This document shows positions 28,074 through 40,300 of a DNA stretch of 64,000 nt, in pieces. Under the pieces are notes generated by a model, which was given only the letters and a program-made list of their open reading frames with translations, was not told where the DNA came from and did no database searches. Origin of the DNA: Tubiluchus corallicola (lineage: Eukaryota; Animalia; Priapulida); the NCBI GenBank assembly GCA_030141605.1, contig JAQGDQ010000550.1:80807-144806 (forward strand), in the 5' to 3' direction. Made by a program: the position numbers and the translations under genes. The number at the start of each line of letters is the position of its first letter. Within the stretch, counting starts at the first letter, position 1.

Positions 28074-31000
28074 ATGTCTACAGATGAAAAAGAGAAAATT
28101 TGGCGATGCTATTTTCCCGGATGCTGGTTTAAGACAACCGTTCGAAGCAAATGGGGCCGACATGCCCATATGCATCGAGAAAGTAAAGCAGAGGACGGCT
28201 CAGATCGAGATGCTGCTGCCACACCTGCAAGTGATCAATCTTCAGACCAAGTGCCCACGCCCGGTGACATGGACCAAGCATCATGGCAAACATTGCCAGA
28301 AGAGTCTCATCTTCAAATTGTTTGTTCTGATTCAGAAGGAGTTGCATCAGAGGCACAGACAAAAGAGAGGAAATTGCCAAATGCTGCAACGCATTTGTCG
28401 GCTTCTGTGAAGGGCGTTCCAAAAAAATTTCAGCACAGGAAGAAGTCCGAAGAAGCACAGGAAGTAAAAGATGCTGAAAACTGTACAGCCACGTTTGATC
28501 AAACTCATAGTAGAACTGTTACAGGTGATTGCAAAGTACTTGATAAAGATAAGCATGTTAGTAAAATACTTGATACGCATAAAAGTGACAATAGTACGGT
28601 TACTAGGAATCATACAAATACATTGTCGGAGAATCGTGGTAATGGAACTAAACAGACAAAGAGTAAACAAGTCACCAATGTGGAGAATGATGCCAAATCA
28701 ATAGAAAAGGCTGTTAGTTTTAGTGTAGACAAAGATATTCCTGTACCAAATTATAATCGCAGTGATAGCTTGCTGAAAGAGATTGACGATACTGAACAGC
28801 AAAAGGAAAGTAAGGACAATAATGTTTCTGATAACTGTACCAATGATAGATTGTCTCCTCAAGTTACAAATGTTGCTGACGAGAGTCTTGCTGCATCCGG
28901 CGAACCATGTGTCTCACGTGATAGCTCTTCTCCCTCTGGATTTGGTCAGCAAGGAAGGGATTCGCAAACTGAGATACGCTGCTATTACCCCGGTTGTTTT
29001 TTAGTGTTTCACAGTCGAAGTGAATTTGGAAAGCACCGCATTTCGCATCCTAGAAAACAGGATAGTTTTAATGAAGTGAACTTGGAAAGGGCTCGTTCAG
29101 TCGATTCCTTGCTTTCTTACATTCATGGTGCAAAAGAACTCCCGTCTTATGGAATTATTAAAGTTAAAGAAAAGAAAAGTACTAAGCTGATGATGTGCAT
29201 TTACTATCCAAGGTGCAAATATACAACAGTGGATAAGAATGAGCTGATAGCTCACGTGCACAGCCACGAGGGAATTGGAGTATGTAGTGTGGCTGGCTGT
29301 AGCTGGAGTAGTGACAACAACAAAGAGTTTAGTTTGCACAAATTATGCTGTATTTGGAAAGAAATGGGAAAACGAAAATGCTTATTTTCAAGTTGTTTAT
29401 TTGAAGCATATGATTCAGAGACATTTTGTAACCATGTTAAGATGGATCACCTGAATAATATGAACGTCATTGTCTGTGTAATCCCCAGATGCACGTTCAT
29501 GGCTTATGATGCTCAAGGTTACCGCATGCATGTGCGTACGACCCATCCTCAAATGTTTCTTTGCATTGACGATACCTGCAGTTTTTTAAGTCCTTATAGT
29601 AATATTGTTGAGCTGCATAAAGACTTTCATCGTTCTGGATTAGTTGATACTCCAATAGCAAATCCCGTCACCATCACCGCATTGTTCAAATGTGATTATC
29701 CACTGTGTAATTTTACCACTTTGTCTGCCGACGTATATAAAACACACGTGTGCAACCACCGTAACGTACAAGTTTGTGGGTTTAAAGGCTGCAGCTTTGC
29801 TACAACCAGTTCCGAGACAATGCAGTCCCATAGGGTTTCTCACGTTTTCCTTGCCGCTCCTGTGCACTCTTGTAGTATAGAGGGATGCGTGTATAAGACA
29901 ACACATCTGGAGGATTACATCTCACACATGGAAAAGCACAATTCGAAGCAAATGTCTTGTGGCTTTAGCAAGTGCAGTTTCACAAGTAACGACTGTAAAG
30001 TTTTGTTGCGCCACAGACTACAGCACGTTTCACAAGGGGATGTGTTAGAGGCTACAGATGTGCAAGATGCACTTGCTACGGCTGCAGTGCAACATCAGCA
30101 GAAGTTTGGACATTCCTTTGACTCTTTGTCTAGTAGTGTTCCGGCAACTGCTCGACCGCCTATACAGCGCAGTGATAGTTTATCAGATCCAGAAACTTTG
30201 CTTGCTATGGCCGTACCATCGAGCTTAAATATAACTGTTACAGCTCCTACTGCTATTTACAGCTGTGCAACTGCAGGTGCAGGAAAACAGACACATTTTT
30301 CTATAGATGAACTGTCTAGGAACCAAAGACATCTCACGAAACAGTTAAGCATTGACGAAGACAATGTACAATCACCTCAAGAAAATTCAGTTTCTGATGT
30401 GGCTGATTTCAACAATAGAACATGTATAGAACAAAATCCTTTTTCTGCTGCACAAAGCATTCAGTTAGAATCAAAAAAGAAATTGGATAAGCAGGTTGGC
30501 TTATTTGACAGTAAAGAAATTACAGTTGGAAACCAAGTAAATGTGAAAAAAGAACATTTGCTGCAGGAAGAGTTACAAAAACAAAATATTCCAAAAACTA
30601 TATCATCTACATTGAGCGATGAAATGGCTGGTAAAGTAATTGATAGCAGTATTCCTTCCGATCTGTACTCCGGTATTCCCTCTTACGAGAGCCATTATGT
30701 TTGTGTTTATCGCAATTGTCGCTTTGCATCGCCTGTTGCGGATGGCGTAGACAGCATGTTACAGCATTTTAGTATTCATATGTTTAATTCAGGCGTGTGT
30801 CGTAACACCAGCAGTGGATTTCGCTTGTATAAATGCTGGTACCACGACTGCATGTTTGTGACATCACGTTTGAGTGAGATGGATGTGCATTTGAAAGAAC
30901 ACTTACTAGCTGCCCCAGTTCTTAGAGTCGCTGCTAAGAGACCGGCAGAGAACACATCACCTGCCGTTCCAACGGAAGTGAAGAAGAAAAAACTAGCAGA

Positions 31001-34000
31001 AAATGAACTTGTCACAGAAGTGAAGAAACGAAAACTGGCAGAAATTGAACTAGATGATCACAGTAAGAGGCCAATTTCAAGTGAGGATTGGCGTGTTTTA
31101 ATGAAATGTTTGGACCTGACATGTGGTTATAAAGCCACGGAATTCTTGCCGTTGGTACAGCATCTTAGACTTCACTCCACAGTTCTTGGTTTGTCTGATG
31201 AAGAAAACAACCTGCTTGAATCAACTACAAAATATATGCTGTGCAAGCAAATAGATTGTTCATTTGAAACAAAACGGGTAGTCTGTATGATCTGCCATTC
31301 CATAAACCATCTACGATATCTGCAGCAGGAGAAAAAATTTGGGTACTTTTACTGTAGCGATTGTGACTACCTGACGTGGACATTTCCAGAAATGTTGCAG
31401 CAACATGTGCAACTGCAGCACAAGAATGTTAAAAGTGTGTCATTAATTCCAGCTGACCAAAGTGTAAATGACAATGATCAGAATGAGGACATTGTAGTTA
31501 TCAGGCAGTACTCTCAAAATGATGTAGAAGCTGCCATTGCTAAACTACTTCCCAAATATTTAGCACAGAACTTTGATTTTCATATACATGATACAGCCGA
31601 ACTTTTGCTACAGTTATTTAACAGTAGACTCTTCACCACATTGCCTGCTCAAAGGCGGGAACCATTGTCTAATCAAACCACCGTGCGTTCTACTGATTCT
31701 CCTACAAGTGCGATTCCTTCAATAAAGAGGTCTCTAAGCTCTGAATCTGAACAGTCTCAGTCTAGCTGTGTGCCAGCATCGTCTATACTGATGCAGTCAT
31801 TAATGGGTAAATGTTCTACTACGGCAAAGTCTTTTTCCAAGGGACTTTTAGTTAGGCAGAGCGCAGTGACTACTGATACAGAATCGTCGCCATCCGTCAG
31901 CCCTGATGAGACGCTCCGTATCCAGAAAAATGCAAGTGCATTAAGCAGTCAAAGATCCTTGGATGTCCCACAACCCTGCCAAATTACTTCAACAGGCAGA
32001 TCTAATTCTGTTCCACCTTTGCGTTCTTTTCTGGATCATGGTGACAGTGAAGCACGTGAAAGGGCTGTATCACCACCAACATTTCCACAATCAGTTGATG
32101 ATCAGGAAGCCAAAATTACTGCATTTTGCTGCATTTGTCACGACAGAAATATTGAACTTTCTGTCTTGGAGCAACACTTAATCAGGCACATGAATCCAAT
32201 AACGCTAACTTGCAATGTATGTATGTATCAAGCAGTCTATCCTAAGATAGCTGAAGAACATGGCAAACTGAAACACCCTCAGCTACCTCTGTCATCTCTG
32301 TTCAACAGACAAAATTTTTGTGCTTTTGTTGATGACAAATTTGTCATGAGATGTAGTGGTTGCTCGTATGCAACGGTCAATGTGGCCGACTTTGCCGATC
32401 ATCTTAATATGTGGGATCGTTTCTCATTCTCATGTGCACGATGCAGCCAACCTTGTCGGTTGTGCAAAAAAGGGACTCATGATCGACGTGGCGGGTTATC
32501 TGCCTGGCATGCTTGGTGGATTGAAGCACATTATGTAGCATATCACGATGAAGTTGAGAGGGGTGACATTGAGCTTGCAGTGGCTTTGAACGAAAAGTTT
32601 GCTGATCAGGGTTGTACAATGCATGCAGCTATCTTAGCCAGTAAGATGAGAAATCCAAAAGCAGTATCACTCGTTGACACTCGTGCGGCAGAAAATTTTT
32701 ATGCCAGAGGAGATTTTATGCCGGAACATACTAGACTTGGCCAGTTTGCACCCATATCTTCTTTTAGCGGAAGCACCACTGATGATGACCATGATGATAT
32801 TGTTGAAAAACACGATAGTCCTTCTCAGAAACGAAAAACCCTGGAATACATATCAAAACAGTTATCAAACAGGCAGAAATCAATGGGTTTTGAATTTACA
32901 AGTGACAGAAATGTCTCTCCTGTAATTACCCATACTGAACCTTCAGGTCATACAATTTCTGGAGCAGACTCAAAAAAGACAACTCTGGACCTGTCAAAAC
33001 CGCCTCCTTTGCAGATTATTGGCACCCAAGAAAAGCCTGGTCAGCAGTTGGCTGCAGCAAAACGCCTTAATTTTGTCCGTGCCTTTAGCTATGATGAAAC
33101 ACTTGCAGTCCGTTACATCAGTTCATCTGCGGACCTGGATCAACAAGATGGCAAAAACCCCAAAGTCAAAAGATCTCGAGCTTGCTTGATGAGGTCCGAT
33201 TCCGAGAGCAAAGCCACATCATCGCGATCGCGCAACCTGCACCCCATCGAGATCACTTGCACTCTTTGTGAAGGGAAGGTGATCGTGGAGAGTAGTCTGA
33301 GCCGGCATGTAAAACAACATGCTGTGAATATTCCGTTCACTTGTAGCGTCTGCACTTACATGGCTGTGTCTGGTGTACAACTAGAGGAGCATCGACTTGT
33401 TCAGCATCCCAATTTGGACCTATCAGATATTGGTTATATACCCAAGAAAGATGAAGAGGGCCTCGACAACTTACCATACAGGTATTATATTGTTCTCTTT
33501 GGGGTTCTAAAAAGTAAATTGTGCTACATTAATTTTCCAGCCAGGTAAAAAAGATTACTGACTCACCCGATCTCTTTATTTATGTAGTGTGTAAATTTGT
33601 AGTATTAAGAAGTAAAACGAAAAGTGCTTATGCAACATAGCATGAAGTTAAAAATCATTGTTATTTGGTGTTTTTATATTTCCTGCTGCCTCTAAGAGTC
33701 TTCAAATCCTTTTATTACCATTTAATGCCTTGTTGTAGAAATAACGAATCTTCAGTATGCCCGTTTTTTCTCTTAGCAGCTTAAACACTAATAAATTATT
33801 TTCTTATTACTGTTTTGCAGGTGTAATTGGTGTCCATTTGCATGTAACACTAGTAACCGACTGACTCGCCATATATGGAACCACATTCGGTTTGAGTGTT
33901 CCGAATGCCATCTAGAGTCAGACAACCTTCAAACTATAAAAAGTCATCATCAAGTGGTGCATTCAACATTAAAGGCTACCTCGATAATCATGCATAAAGT

Positions 34001-34232
34001 TGACTGCTTGCCGGAAGATGTTACTGAATCGAGTATGGAAGATCTCAAGCAGCGATATCGTCCCAGGAAGCGGGTCACCTGGTCCTCTGTAGTGGGTAAT
34101 AATCCAAATAACGAGGCAGCAATGCCCACTGAAACCACAAAGAAAGCTCTGAAACAACGCATATCAAGTGGCGGAAGCTTCGACGAAAGTTTGCCTCCTG
34201 TTTCCGAATCTATTGCAGATGAAAGAAAGTAG
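28074..34232 (+). CDS. Large multi-C2H2 zinc-finger protein, 2 coding exons, ~1939 aa
   Basis: Exon 28050-33481 (ATG 28074, donor AG|gtatta) joined in phase 2 to exon 33821-34232, completing the finger YRCNWCPFACNTSNRLTRHIWNH. Many C-x4-C...H-x3-4-H and C-x2-C fingers occur in clusters separated by Ser-rich disordered regions. Duplicated basic NLS TEVKK(K/R)KLAE. Confidence 0.9.
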
Positions 34233-34292
34233 TGCGGAAATTACCTCTGAGTTCTAACATTCCGCAGCAAAGTTGAGCAAACTCCCTGAGTC

Positions 34293-34458
34293 ACAGATTT
34301 TTTTGTGGTTCTAATTAACCGACTGGCCTGACTTTGCTCGTATTTAATAGCTGCCCACTGTGATTAAGATGACAACAGATTTTTTTGTGGTTCTAATTAA
34401 CCGACTGGCCTGACTTTGCTCGTATTTAATAGCTGCCCACTGTGATTAAGATGACAAC
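34293..34458. repeat. 82-bp tandem duplication in the zinc-finger 3' UTR
   Basis: acagatttttttgtgg...aagatgaca starts at both 34293 and 34375; no differences seen. Confidence 0.95.
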
Positions 34459-35063
34459 CAGTAGTTCTTTTATGGCTCCTAAGATGTTCTGTTAAGGCTA
34501 TGGCTCGGATATTTTCTTTTCAATTATGGGTGTCAAAGATGGCGAGCTTCAATCGTCCACATCCGTCCTAACAGAAGACCAGTTAATCTTTGGAAGCAGT
34601 ATGCGTGAATGGCCTTAGTGTTGCTGTGCAGAAACCTGAACGCACAAACAAAACAGAACTGTTATATTTGCTGCAAATGTAATGCAAGTTTGCAAGATAT
34701 TTGCAGTTTTGCATATATTTGACATTTAATGGATTTAACATGATTTAAAAGATCACACTCCATAGCCTGGCTTTTTTATGAGATTCATAAATTTAGATGC
34801 TTTTTCGTGACTTGCACTAAGCCTGCCGACTTCTGTTTATTTTTCATATACAGAGTGTGTATGATACTTATAATATTTATTAATATAATTCCAATGACTG
34901 CAGTTCTATGGTAACTGTTGTCTGCATTCATGATTTACTGAAAATCTTCTAATCTGACACTGAATGAGAACATCAATTTTTCATTTTTGCTTATAACATA
35001 GTTTCCAAAGAAAAACAGTATAGTTACTATACAGTTGATGTATACATGTATAAGTCAATTACA

Positions 35064-35395
35064 CATTTATTTTACAAAACTTTGTATAATCAATTTCTTT
35101 GTAAATAGAACATTTGTATATACACTTTCTTATATATTTTTAAGCTACTATTGTAAGGGCTTAGTATCATTTCAGAACAATCATGCATTTATTTTACAAA
35201 ACTTTGTATAAAAAATTGTGTATAGTACATTATACCCATTATTATATATTTGTAAACTTACTGTAAGGGCTTAGTATTAGTTCAACTATACATTTATTCT
35301 GCAAAACCTTGTATAATGAATTTATTAGTGTACAGAATATTTTGTAAATACACTGTAGCATAAATTATTAAACTATTGTAAACTTAATATCATTC
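35064..35395. repeat. Three diverged ~110-120 bp AU-rich tandem units in the 3' UTR
   Basis: catttatt(t)tacaaaactttgtataa...tgtaagggcttagtat-like units start near 35064, 35186 and 35291. Confidence 0.7.
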
Positions 35396-35908
35396 TAAGA
35401 AATCTTCACCGTATTTTTTGTAATGAATTGTATTTGGTACATTTTTTATCCAAATTTTCAAGAAATAAGTATAAAGTATGTGTTTCTGTATATACATTAG
35501 TTTGGCAAATTTATATTAGATATCAAGAATTATTGCTAGTTCTATAACATGCATTGTATGTGTGTTTTTTTTGCTTATTATTTTGCATATAAAAAACACA
35601 ACATTTTGCAAAATATACTTTTTTATTTTCAAATGATTAAGCCAAACAGTACATGGTTAAAAGTGCCAGCACTACGTTAGTGCATTCTATATATCGTGGC
35701 ATGTTACTGAGAAATATTGTTGTATCAATTTATCTTTGAAGTTCATAGAAGTTTTAGTTGTTAAACAGTCCATTTGACATTCACTGTGAATGTGCAACAC
35801 TTCATTATTAGATGACTCTCCATGAAATTCTTATTTACTATAAAACTCCCTGGAGTGCGATGTTTCAATTTACAAGCAAATCACCTAGTTTAAGTCAGAA
35901 ATCAGACT

Positions 35909-35920
35909 TTTATTAATAAA
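35909..35920. terminator. Palindromic bidirectional polyadenylation signal TTTATTAATAAA
   Basis: AATAAA on minus (35909-35914) abuts AATAAA on plus (35915-35920), between convergent genes, roughly where the plus strand changes from T-rich to A-rich. Confidence 0.5.
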
Positions 35921-36463
35921 ATAATAGCATGCCTGAACCAATGTCACACTTTTCACATGTAATAGTGTGTAATAGCACTTGAAGTTACTATTATATTTTA
36001 CAAGCTTGTATTGCACACACATACATACAGTCTTAAAAATTGCCAATTGGTTAAATTGTCACTGTGTTCATATTCAAACAAACAAGAGAAATTCTTGATA
36101 ACATTTCATTTTTTGCTCACATGTTTAATGTACACAAAGCTCATCCATATGAATGATTCAGAAAAGCCAAAGTGCCAGTAAAAACATCTGAAGAGTATTT
36201 GTCAATAATTCACAAGGAGTACTTCAACTGTTTCAAAAAATTAAATTTTTGAATTGATTAACAGGGAAAATTACAAATCCTTATAGCATTCACAATACAG
36301 CCAGGCTTAATTCTTAACTTAAATTTCATTTTTTACGAATTTTTGTACATGATTTGCTTAATAATAGACTTCTCCTGCCAGTGATAACTTAGATGTATAA
36401 CTGATAGAATAATCATACATTTTCATGATTGAAATTGGAGAAACAGCAAAAAACTAGTTAGTG

Positions 36464-36669
36464 CAGTCAAACCTCGTTATAGCGCCCCTTTTTATAATGC
36501 CAACCTCGCTTATTGTCCATATTTTTAGCAAATAAAAAAATCTATATTCGCATAGACATGTATGACACAACAGTATTTACATGTATTAATGCAACTTACA
36601 ATCCCAAACTCGCTATAATGCCAACTTTTTTTGCAGTCCCAAAGTAGATGGTATAAAGAGGTTTGACTG
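36464..36669. mobile_element. Tc1/mariner (pogo/Tigger-like) MITE
   Basis: TIRs cagtcaaacctcgttata ... tataaagaggtttgactg; target-site duplication degenerate. Confidence 0.75.
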
Positions 36670-37338
36670 TTTTACAAGTATGTGTCTGAATACTTACTAT
36701 AATGTTATCATACCATACCAAAGGTATAACACACCAATGCTACAGAACTATAATAAAAACTTGTCAAATAACTGAGTATTGAAAAGAGAAATTCATAATG
36801 GTAAGAGACATCTATAACACGGTAAGTGCTCCAGTTAAAAACGCGTGACACAACGAAAACAACACAAAATGTTAAAAACAAGGTGTCATATCAGTGACAT
36901 TATAACTATATTACCACACACTGTATACTAAAGTTTTTAGCACACATACACATTCTTAAACTCTCGCAATTTCACAGAACAAAATCACGCAACTCAATTA
37001 TATAGCGTAATCGTACAAACATTACTTTATCACTTCTCACGCGAAGTGCTTTTGATAACAGTTTTTACAAAGATATTTCTATAAAATTATAATAAATAAC
37101 TATCACACAGAATTCATGCATTCTGATGCAATGGGCTTTCTACACGACTATAATTTTTCACTTCTGTACACAAACTCACAGATGTGTCATCTGTAACACA
37201 CCTATTCACGCAGTCACAATGCCATCTCAAGTGCAAACCACCTGTATCGAATAAAGAGAAATCACCATTTCTGAAATGTGAACGCTTCGTGCATTGAAGA
37301 GTGCGGTTACAACCTTTACACAATACTTCAGCCAAACA

Positions 37339-40300
37339 CTATTGCAACTTCGAGTACGGCATAGGTAGCAAGATTCTTGAAACAACAGACCTCATGAGCG
37401 GTACTAAAAGTAAAACAATTGCCAGAACATTAGGTGTGCCTAAAAGATAATGAATAAGTAAAATGCAAATCTTTAGAAGAACAGAATGCTCCTTCTGCAC
37501 TTTTACGCAATTTTACGTTTTCTAAAGAGAAATTTAGTAATGGTTGGAAGAAATCCTCAGGGCAAGATACAATGAAACAGGAAATGCAATAAACACCAAT
37601 GTAATGATACGTTTACAGCAGGTAAAAACAAGAACGAAAAACGGAAATTTAAATGAAGCCACAATGAAAACAGCAAGTAATTTACAATGGTACAAATCCA
37701 AAATTAAATTATGTAGGGGAACGTGGAGCCTACTGGTCCAAGGAATCTGCCTTGCAAACAAAAGGTCCCTGGTTCAAATCCAGGCTGCATCACAACTTTT
37801 TCAAGTTTGTTATCAAAATTTAATTGTGGGCTTTGCCATCATAATAATAATGACATTAAGATTATAATAATTAAGTGAGTAATTTATTCACTGTCAAAAA
37901 ACACAATCCTTCCAGAATATAACAGTGAGATAAAAGGGAATTCTGAGAATAATGCACAAAATGTTACAAAAGCCACTGCAGAATAATGGCACCAAGTTAT
38001 GAAAATGACTCGCAAAAGAATATATGACAACGAATGATGTCATACAGCTGGTCTGTGTCAAATCAAACAGAAATATTTACTTGACTTGCTGTAATCCACA
38101 CCCTGAAATCAGATATAGTGCATCTGTAATACGATAAATGACAGTACCAAAAAAGCATGCAGTTCATTAATGTAAAAATTTACTGTCAGAATTTTTCATA
38201 CTTGTATGTTGTACGCATTTGTCCCATCCGGGTTTCTGCCAGGCTGCCTCGCGTGTGTGTTTTCTGGACTCCATATCATCATAAGCTGCAACAAAAAAAT
38301 AGAAATGCATTATTACACTTATTTTTCAAAGGTTAGTATTCAAATTTAGTTTTCAAATTGCATAGTAATGATGACATAAACTTTTAAACAATTTAGTTAA
38401 GTTCGATAAATTTAAAAATGAAAACAAATTAATGTGTTTGGCCTCATATTCAAAAGGTTACTAGCTCAAACTCAATCTCAATGACAATTTTTTCATACTT
38501 AAATACTTTTCATTCGTTTGATATATAAATACCTGTGAGTTTGTACATTCTACAGAATCTACACATCATAACATCATTAATAAAAGATTAATTTCGTAAC
38601 TTCAAATAATTGAAACATTGTATAAACTGGTATTACTAATAATGATAAAACCAAAGACACACAACTTGTTTTCATCAAAATTTTAATTTTTTTAAAATGT
38701 GCTCTTAGAAGTATTAGTTCACAGTTTCTCCTTTAGTAATTGTAATTTGTTTGTAATTATATATATATCGGCAATTAACGATTTTTAAGTGAACTCTAAC
38801 TATCTAACACACCCTAGTTATGATAATAAACTTTATGCAAGACCAATAAAAGCATATTTGCACTGACAAAAGGATTTATACTTCTACACACATGTAAGAG
38901 GGGCAAAGTTTTTTGTTAGAAATTCGCTTAGAAGTCGTGATTGATTACTGCTAAGCCCTCACTGAATACTCTTACAATTGTCAAAGCAAAAATAATGCCG
39001 AAAATATTTTGCAGGACTTTATCCGTTTCTTTAAGTATGTATGTGAGAAAAAATGATAATAATAGTAATAACAAACAGACTGTTTACAGTATATTAAATA
39101 GAGATATCAACTTATGACTACAATCACTTCCGGTGAATTGGACGCAAGTCGGACCCGTGTATTCAATGTTTATTCCAGCGGTGCGGCCCTACATGCAAGA
39201 CGTTGTGAATGTACATGATCTAAGTATGGAGGTGCTTACGATGAATTTATCGAAACAGAGAGTGATTTAAAGTTTATTTGTTTAAAAAAAATAGAAGAAA
39301 ATATGAGTTATACTTGGTATGCATAATTAATTAATTAGTTTTCAAATTGCATAGTAATGATGACATAAACTTTTAAACAATTTAGTTAAGTTCGATAAAT
39401 TTAAAAATGAAAACAAATTAATGTGTTTGGCCTCATATTCAAAAGGTTACTAGCTCAAACTCAATCTCAATGACAATTTTTTCATACTTAAATACTTTTC
39501 ATTCGTTTGATATATAAATACCTGTGAGTTTGTACATTCTACAGAATCTACACATCATAACATCATTAATAAAAGATTAATTTCGTAACTTCAAATAATT
39601 GAAACATTGTATAAACTGGTATTACTAATAATGATAAAACCAAAGACACACAACTTGTTTTCATCAAAATTTTAATTTTTTTAAAATGTGCTCTTAGAAG
39701 TATTAGTTCACAGTTTCTCCTTTAGTAATTGTAATTTGTTTGTAATTATATATATATCGGCAATTAACGATTTTTAAGTGAACTCTAACTATCTAACACA
39801 CCCTAGTTATGATAATAAACTTTATGCAAGACCAATAAAAGCATATTTGCACTGACAAAAGGATTTATACTTCTACACACATGTAAGAGGGGCAAAGTTT
39901 TTTGTTAGAAATTCGCTTAGAAGTCGTGATTGATTACTGCTAAGCCCTCACTGAATACTCTTACAATTGTCAAAGCAAAAATAATGCCGAAAATATTTTG
40001 CAGGACTTTATCCGTTTCTTTAAGTATGTATGTGAGAAAAAATGATAATAATAGTAATAACAAACAGACTGTTTACAGTATATTAAATAGAGATATCAAC
40101 TTATGACTACAATCACTTCCGGTGAATTGGACGCAAGTCGGACCCGTGTATTCAATGTTTATTCCAGCGGTGCGGCCCTACATGCAAGACGTTGTGAATG
40201 TACATGATCTAAGTATGGAGGTGCTTACGATGAATTTATCGAAACAGAGAGTGATTTAAAGTTTATTTGTTTAAAAAAAATAGAAGAAAATATGAGTTAT

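Noticed and set aside
33482-33548. ORF-track C-terminus YYIVLFGVLKSK...FPAR of the 1824-aa ORF
   Set aside because: It is intron read-through; splicing at 33481 to 33821 completes a zinc finger in frame.
37715-37790. Functional tRNA gene
   Set aside because: A B-box is present but no intact cloverleaf could be built by eye; better explained as a SINE head.
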